A stretch of 64,000 nt of DNA from Octopus vulgaris (Eukaryota), in NCBI GenBank assembly GCA_951406725.2, contig OX597826.1:46686001-46750000 (forward strand), given 5' to 3'. Below the pieces are notes generated by a model. It had not been told where the DNA came from. It made no database searches and saw nothing but the letters and a program-made list of their open reading frames with translations. The translations under genes were made by a program, and so were the position numbers. Of this stretch, positions 55,281 to 64,000 are shown one piece after another. Numbering within the stretch: position 1 is the first letter of the stretch; the number at the start of each line of letters is the position of its first letter.

Positions 55281-55754
55281 ACACACAAACACACACACAC
55301 ACACACACAAATAATAGCTACAATAATACAAAACAACATCATCATCATCATTGTTATTGTTACCTTCGTCCTCGTCGTCGTCGTTATGGTCTTAATCATG
55401 ATCATAATCATCATCATCATCACCATCACCATCATCATCATCATCATGATTATCTACTGCAACAACAACAACAACAACAACAACAGCAACAACAGCAACA
55501 TCAACAACAACAACAACAACAGCAACAGCAACAACAACATTAATGACAACAATATGGCATGGAAGCGATTACAATGGACACTTTATATATATATATATAC
55601 TCGGCTTTCAATTTTTGTCTATAATCTTTATTTTTATTTTTACTCGTTCGCTCACACCGATTCCTTCTTCTGCATGATTTGCGATCTAATTGTTTGAATA
55701 GATGCAAACAAGCGAACGTAAAACACGTATACATATTAGACTCTGCCACTCTAC

Positions 55755-55812
<58 letters not shown>

Positions 55813-56302
55813 GAATGTATGTATGTATGTATATATGTATGTGGTATTGTATGTGTGACTGTGCGTGTGTCTGTGTGTTTTGCAGAACGAGACGAACCAA
55901 ATTGGTCTTAAATCGACTCGCTGATCGAGCATTCTTCCCCCCAGGCTGTGTGAAAAACCGATTCCATAGCACAGGCAGGGAGATAAGATCAAGAATACGT
56001 AAATCCCTGTCGAAGTCGGATATTGATTTGAATCTAAAGCTTTGTATCCGGTCTGACAGCTTTGTTCTATTACACACACTCCAAGACAATGGCACACACA
56101 ACAGACAAATAGATTGGCATTGGTCTGCGGAGAAATCACGTTTCCTCCAACTGTCAATGGCAATAAAGTATTCCAATATAAACAGAGAATCGACCGTGAA
56201 ATACAAGAGTTTGACAAGACAATGGAATATGGAATGTTAAACGTTTCTCTAGCTCCTCCTGTGGATCATATTGTCTCCTCATATCAATTTGTTAATCTAC
56301 CA

Positions 56303-56420
<118 letters not shown>

Positions 56421-56742
56421 ATATCTATCTATCTACCTACCTACCTACCTACCTACCTATCTATCTTTCTTTCTCTCTCTCTCTGTCTATTTTTACTTTC
56501 TCTCTCTCTCTCTCTCTCTGTCTCTTTATTCTCCCTTTCTGTCTCTATTTTTCTATTTTCTCTCTCTGTGACCCTCTCTCTCATACATACATATATTCAT
56601 ATTACTATCCATCCATCCATCCATTTATCCATCCATCCATCCATCCATACCATACATACATACATACACATATGCAAACATGTATGCATACACTCATACA
56701 CAAATCAGTCAATTTGTGTTTCAGTCTATCATAATTCATTCT

Positions 56743-56774
<32 letters not shown>

Positions 56775-57722
56775 TGTATGTATGTATGTATGTATGTATG
56801 TATGTATGTATGTATGTATGTATGTATGTATGTATCTCTCTATTTATCTATCTGTGCATGTGTATACACACACACACACATATATATCTATATATATAAA
56901 ATTTCAGTTAACAGCACAAATTATCCATATACTCGCTGACGTAATAACTCATCGTAAAACCAAAGTTGATAAAATAACGATCAATATATTAAAGTGGTTC
57001 ACCTTCGTATCGTCTCGGCAGTACCTGCTGAATTTCTCCGTCATATATAAACCCCTTGTAATGGTTTAGTCCATCTAGGTATAAGCAGGTACAATGACAG
57101 GTGTGAAATTATCGGGACAGAATCAGTGTTTCGGTGCACAATTATACAGTGTCCTTTAGTATTTGTAAGCTCTGTTATATCGTTTTCAGCTCAAATATTC
57201 TCTCAGCATCCTCAGTCGGACCAAATTATTATCAATATTCCCTGTAAGGCAGCGAGCGAGCGGGCAGAATCTTTAGCACACCGGGCCAAATGTTTAGCGG
57301 CGTTTCGTCCGTCAGTACGTGCTGGGTTCAAAGCCACAAGAGTCGACTTTACTTTTCGTGGAATATGCAACCACTTACACATTAATTCAGAAGAACGTAG
57401 ATCAGTTTATCGAACAACTGAATCCTCACCGGCGAAAGAAGGGGATCTATTACGATTATCACAAGAATAGGTGCAGTGTGGCCAAATTATTAAGAAGTGC
57501 GCTTCACAACTACAGCGTTTCACGTTCGAACCCGGTGCATTTCATCTTGGGCAAATGCCACTTTATATAATTTTGCATTGAACCATATTTTGTGAGTGAA
57601 ATTTGGTAGATAAAAACTGTATAGGAGCTCGTCGGGTGGATTATACCTGGACATTAAAGGCTCTGTCACACACAATGTCATGCTAACTGTGCCTGAGAGT
57701 TACTTTAAGAATATTCCTATCG

Positions 57723-58091
57723 CTGAAGGCGGCAAGTTGGCAGAAACGTTAGCACGCCGGGCGAAATGCTCAGCGGTATTTCGTCTGCCGTTACGTTCTG
57801 AGTTCAAATTCCACCGAGGTCGGCTTTGCCTTTCATCCTTTCGGGGTCGATAAATTAAGTACTATGTTTAGCCCCTTGTGGGCAATAAATAAATAAGAAA
57901 CGTTAGCACGCCGGGCGAAATGTTTAGCGATATTTCGTCTGCCTTTACACTCTTAGTTCAAATTCCGTCAACGTCAACTTTGCCTTTCATCCTTTTAGGT
58001 TCGATAAATTAAGTACCAGTTGCCTACTGTGATCGATCTAATTGAGTGGTCCCCTATCCCCAAAATTTCGTGCCTTGTGCCTCGAGTAGAA
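57723..58091 (+). mobile_element. Composite SINE (A unit + B unit) nested in an older SINE (~57470-58200)
   Basis: Two head copies with different tails; 16-bp TSD AAGAATATTCCTATCG at 57707-57722 and 58092-58107. Confidence 0.88.
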
Positions 58092-58739
58092 AAGAATATT
58101 CCTATCGGTGGAAAACTTAAAAATTTATTCATTAGTTCTGGAAAAGGTAGTTCACTTCCTTAAACGAGTGAATTCTCATCATCGAACGACAAATGTACAC
58201 AACCATCACCTACGACCATTTTCAATAATTTTGCCAAATTTTGCCAGAATTCAAAGCAAGAACTTTGAGATATGTGAATGGATATACAATCAGTAAATTC
58301 TTACAATTGCAATGCGATCTGTAATTTCACATCATATTAAGATAATTTAAATAAATATATTATTCAATTAGACCGGTGGCATCACTCCCATATTGAGGTT
58401 CTCCAAACAAAAATTCTTCATGAGAACTTTTTAAAATTATTCAATTAAAGTAAGTTTTGAAAGATTTTAGTTTCATTTCTTTCATTTCTGTTCCATTTTT
58501 TACTGACACTTCGGTCCATCTTTGGAAGGTTCCGGTACTGTAAGAGTACCGACCCCTCAATCAACCTTCTCCATTTCTTGAGAAAAGACGTCCCGTATGA
58601 TTTACCACGGTGGAATATCACCGATTCCAAGAACGAAAAAAAAAGTAAAGCAAAGGATATGAGACAGTTAATACTGTCAGTCTCTCTCTCCGGAGAAAGA
58701 GAGCGAGAAAGAGGGAGAGGGAGAGAGAGGAATGCAGTC

Positions 58740-58980
58740 CTGCTGAACAATCTGCACAGGTGATTTGCTTGTGCTGCACATTACCTTACTCAACTCCTGC
58801 AGATCGACATCACCTGCACAGGTGCACGGTGTGTCACACGTCAGTTGTCGAAGAGGTCGCAAAGCAACGTGAGATGGAGTGTTTTGCTGAAGAACACAAC
58901 TCAGCACTCGGTCCGGGTATCGAGCCCACAATCTCACGCTCGTTAGTGCAACGCCTTAACCACAAAGACACGCACCCTCA
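58740..58980 (-). mobile_element. tRNA-derived SINE, family E
   Basis: Minus-strand head GAGGGTGCGTGTCTTTGTGGTTAAGG...GGGCTCGATACCC, then CORE-like GTGTTCTTCAGCAAAACACT. Confidence 0.7.
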
Positions 58981-60168
58981 CTCGATTGATATTATACTTA
59001 TCGATACCTGAAAAAAAATCACAAAGATGACCTGAGTGGGGAATGAACTCCAAGTAGCGAAACAAATAACACAAGATGTTTTACCTGACGTTCTAAAAGC
59101 TCTGCCAATTCACGTACCCAAATTATAAGCCAGTCGAGTAACGATATCAAATACACTCTTCTTCCTCTTCCTCTTCCTCCTCCTTCCCATCCTCTCCTCC
59201 TCCTCCTCTTCATCATCATCATCATCATCATCATCATTTTCTTCTTTCTCTTCTCAATTTTCTTCTTCCTATTCTTTCACTTATTCTTTCTCTCCTCCTC
59301 CTCCTCTTCCTCCTTTTCCCTCTTCTTCTTCTTCTTCTTCCTCTTCTCGAAGAACGAGAATCTATGTAGTTAATGTCAAATCATAAACAGCAAACCATGT
59401 CGCTCCACCTCCACCACCGCCACCCCACCAGACCACTAAACTATTTTTCTTCAAGAAGAAATTCCAAAACAAAAATTTGTAGGAGCCATTTCCCCCTTCC
59501 ACGCCTCCCATCACCGAGCACAAAAAAATAAACATTTGATCTACTATTTCAAACGCTCACATTAATATCTCTACTAAAAAGATAACTCCTCTAAAGAAAA
59601 AAAGAAAGAATAAAAAAGTTAGCCAAAATACGTAAATAAACTCACCAAGTACCTGGAAATCCATAGAAAGTTATATAGTTTTGACTTGATCCTGAAGAAA
59701 AAGACATAAAACAATTTTAGTAAGTGCGAGCCGGTAACATACCAGATGTGTACGTGTATGTGAGCAGAATAGAAATATTTCCTTTTTCGAATTCAGGCCT
59801 TTTCCTGCATTCTCAATAGTATTTTAAACGTTCTGTTGTTTCATATACTACGAATAATTGTAGCTCATCTCAGCTTACAATGATAACTAACAAAATGATA
59901 CCCAAGACACAGTTGTTAGTATCGGGTAATTGTTTTGTGTATAAAAGTGTAGTGCAAGAAATATGATTAATTGAAAAAAGAAGACAGCTTTTTTTAACGT
60001 CTGCGAAATAGATAGTAAGTTAACCAAGACGGTATTGGCTCGTCATATCATATTTATATATCAGCATGTTTTGTGAGTGTAGACATCTGGATACGTTTTG
60101 TTTACTATTACAACGTGCATACACATTTGTGTGCGTGCGGGTGAGTGCATGTGTGTTTGGGTATATGA

Positions 60169-60208
<40 letters not shown>

Positions 60209-60357
60209 CATGCATACATACATACATACATACATATATATATATATACATGCATACATATATATATAATGTTTACACGTGCACACACACACACAAACAC
60301 ACACACACACAAAAACACAAATACACAGATATGTATATATGTACATGCATACGTATG

Positions 60358-60388
<31 letters not shown>

Positions 60389-61098
60389 ACATGTATGCAT
60401 AGATTTATGCACATGTGCATGTATAGGTAATTGTATATGTTTATATATACACAGATGTAAATATATACGTGTATGTGTGTGTATGTATTTATCTAAGTAT
60501 GTATGTATATATGCATATATTTTACATAACAATGTACGTTTGAGAGTGTCCTTGTGTGTGTGAGTGTATAAATACATGAACACGTACGCGTTTGCAAATA
60601 ATTGTGAACGCTTTTACGAGAAGACAGGGAGACCCTTGAATGACTAAGTGGGGGGTGCTGTATCAAGCTGTTAGACGCTCGATGAAACTTTTTAAGGATT
60701 TCCTTCCTATAGCGAACCTGATGCTAGTATTAGGACTGCTTCTTCTGGATCACAGCTGCGTCTTGAAGCATTCAAGTAACCAGAATCCTCAAGAAACCCA
60801 AATTGTTTTTCAACAATATGGGAAAATGGTTTACTCTATGGCAGTGCATTCAGAAGAGGCCATAATATATTTCGTACGTACACATGGTAGTAGAATAAAT
60901 TGAATAACAGTCTGCAGTGTACTGGAAATTTTATACTCCATCTGTAACATTCAGAGCAAAGTAACATATATCGTTCGGATCAGTGAAACCTATTTCCTTC
61001 CGAGAAAAGGAACATACCTACATACATACATACATACATACATACATACATGTGTGTGTGTGTGTGTATGTATGTATATGTATATATATATATATGCA

Positions 61099-61150
<52 letters not shown>

Positions 61151-61162
61151 AGTATGTATATT

Positions 61163-61201
<39 letters not shown>

Positions 61202-62428
61202 GTATATATATATGTATGTATGTGTATATATATATATATAAATGTATATATATGTATAAATGTATATATATATATATGTATATATATATGTATCTATGTA
61301 TGCATTTATGTATACTCAATGCAGACACATGCACTTATACATTGCTTGCACTATCATGTTTACATATATTTAGCTTTATGCATAATTACATTTTATGTGT
61401 GTGTGTGTTTGCGTGTGTTTATGTATGTGTTTGTGTGCGTGTGCGTGTGTGTATTTCCGTCTTTCGCAAACGTTAGCAACGGGATGTGAAAATGAAAGCA
61501 AAGTTTCTTGATTTCGCTCACATTGAAAAACGCTATTCTGGTACAAGTTTCATAATTAAAATGCAATAAAGGGACGAACATAATCTTCAACTGCTTCTTT
61601 TTACAATAACAACTAAAGAAACTATGCAGATAGTCACTGGACTATATACGCTAAGGAGTGACCTTGTGGCAGCCATTGGTTAGGACGGAATGACACTATT
61701 TGGCGCAGCTGGCTGGGCGTTCAGCCTATTTTGGGGACAATGCTTTCTGGCGCTGAAGGAAACTCACGCAGACATACAGAGACATGCGCACACAAAAACA
61801 ATCATCTTGCATGCATGCACACGCGGGCAGAAATATACACGTACATATAGGAAGATTGAGAGAGATATCACAATTTATTAATTGAACACGATTAACATAG
61901 ACACTTTCCCTGTCTTCATACACATAAGCAGAGAGAGAGAGAGAGAGAGAGAAAGGAAGCGACTAAGAGAGAGTGGGGGTAAGAGAAAGGGGAGGAGAGA
62001 ACGAGAGAAGCAGTGAAACGTCTGATGCTAAATAAGTCAGCGTTGAATCAGTGATCCTAGATTCGCGGGGCTCGGAAATATCTCATATCATAGTCAGGAA
62101 ATGAAAACGATAGTCGTATATGGTATTGCACCATAACAAGATGCTAAATACTAACGCTTCGGTGTTGGAGAGGGACACTAATCGACAAAGAAATAAATAA
62201 AATTCAGTCCATATTTATTCTCATACCACTCTAAAATATATCAAAAATAGATCATTGTAACTTAAGATATTTCTGTTGAGTATCACAGTGGTAAACCATA
62301 TTCGAAGTATAAGTATCCTAAGTTCAGTTAATCGGTGTGTCTTGCAAGCTCTCTGATTCTGATTTCGAATTTCCCGCTTACATCTACTAACGGTAACTTA
62401 AGCAACTTATATAAGACAAATAAAGGTA

Positions 62429-62647
62429 CATTAATCCCTCGACAATCGCGGGTGTTACGTTCCATAACCCCAAGTGATAGGTGAAATTCCGCGCAGTAGA
62501 AACAGTACTGTATAAAGTTTTTCATTATTTTTTATAATTTGTATATATTTATTTTATTATAAATGCAGAACAACTCCAAGGAGGAATCGACGTAAGTTTA
62601 AACAATAAACCGCGATAGGTGAACTGCGATATGGTAAGGGATTACTG
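62429..62647. mobile_element. Tc1/mariner (Tigger/pogo-like) MITE
   Basis: TA|CATTAATCCCTCG..ATCGCGG ... GCGATATGGTAAGGGATTACTG|TA; TA on both flanks. Confidence 0.78.
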
Positions 62648-63614
62648 TATATTGGTGGTTGTATAAATAAATTAAAATATAATAAAATATTTTATCTATT
62701 TTACGTTCATCGTAAAATAGATAAAACGAAGTTTGCTTTAGAAGCATTGAGATGTCTTAGAAAGTTAAAGAAGTGAATTTAAATTCTCAAACGCAGGATA
62801 ATGCTAATAATATAGCCTGAACAGGATAAGCTACCCATATTTTGCAGAAAAAGTGTTGGTGGCCGGCTATTTTAAAATCAATCAAGGATACAAGTAATAA
62901 TTTCTAATTTCAAGTGGATGATGGTTTTGATGCGGTTCATCGTTTTCATTGGCCTCAGCAATGGACTGATACTTCATTTTTATTGACCACGTAAAGATGA
63001 AAGGCAAAGTTGATTTCGATAGAATTAGAACTCTGAACATAAATAAGCGAAATAAATGAGCTATGCATGTTGTTTGACTGTCTACTGATTCTATCAGTTC
63101 AACGCCTTTAAAGGATACAAATAATGGTATAAATTTTTTTAATTAATAAAAAACAAAAAAACTGTTGATTTTAAAATTCCAGATTATGAGCAACTGCATT
63201 CAAGTAGTTATATTTTTGTTCAAAATTGTAAAGGTCTACCACATTTCTAACACCGTTACTTATAGCTCCCTATTTCGTCGTTTGGTAGCATCCCTTACCC
63301 CAGATTAATTTTTGTGCCTTGGCTTAGGATGAAGCCTATACTTCTTAGCGAAATTAAAGGATTTCCATAAATGAGATATTCTCCTTGTTTTCTTCTCCAC
63401 GCTGCTGGAATTTATTTGCGTTATATAACAATTTATTCGCATTATATAATAATTTATTTATGCCACGTACAGCGTAACTCATAACGATGCAACAGGCTTT
63501 ATTTGAATCTTGCTGCTTATGTCTTATACACTTTCCTTAATTGAAACGTTCGTTCTAGTCCTAGTTGCCCTAAAATGTATGCCACCAGTCTGAAACATTA
63601 TATTTCTGAATTAA

Positions 63615-63960
63615 GCGCAGTATAGCCCAATGGTTTAGAAGTTCGTTTCTCAGCCACAAGTTCTTGGGTTCAATCCTCTTGCTTGATATCTTAGGCAAAT
63701 GTTTTTTGTAGCCTCGAACCTACTTACACACTGAGAATAAAATTGGGTAAACGGAAGCTATATAGATGTTCTGTCGAGTAGATATACCTGTAGTTCAAAG
63801 CGTACAGCTTTGTCGTACGGTGTGACGCACTGGTTCTCCTTGAGAGTTATATTGAATTATACGTGTCTGTGGAACGCTCCGCTACTTACACATTAATTCA
63901 GGAGCAGGTTATTCCATTGATCGAACAAGTTAATCCTCCTTGTCAAACGACGAGCATCCA
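63615..63960 (+). mobile_element. Old SINE, C-like head with a different tail
   Basis: GGTTCAATCC B box and TTAGGCAAATG; tail CTTACACATTAATTCAG is shared with ~57375. Confidence 0.65.
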
Positions 63961-64000
63961 CCACTACCATATTAATGAAAACTAACCGAAGACATGAAAG

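Overview
AT-rich, microsatellite-saturated eukaryotic DNA. It is most likely intronic or intergenic octopus sequence; this is an inference from tRNA-derived SINEs that resemble the octopus OK/OR families. No intact host gene can be supported, and almost all listed ORFs are translations of simple repeats. The window holds more than 25 SINE copies from about five families, four R4/Dong-clade retrotransposon remnants embedded in (AAT)n, and CR1-group LINE pieces. It also has a degenerate hAT-like transposon with long TIRs, Chapaev3 and mariner fragments, and several MITEs. The most interesting signals are: (i) a cluster of hammerhead-ribozyme-like motifs at 13.3-14.7 kb, with related pieces sitting in (TA)n tracts elsewhere; (ii) a 374-bp near-perfect foldback at 23974-24347; (iii) a Dong nest in which one endonuclease core is replaced by a ~1.75-kb A/T-tract array of 10-12-bp period plus an inverted CR1-group RT fragment, and two copies appear to have exchanged 3' ends; and (iv) SINEs sharing one head but carrying alternative tails. 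All alignments and translations were done by eye and coordinates are approximate.
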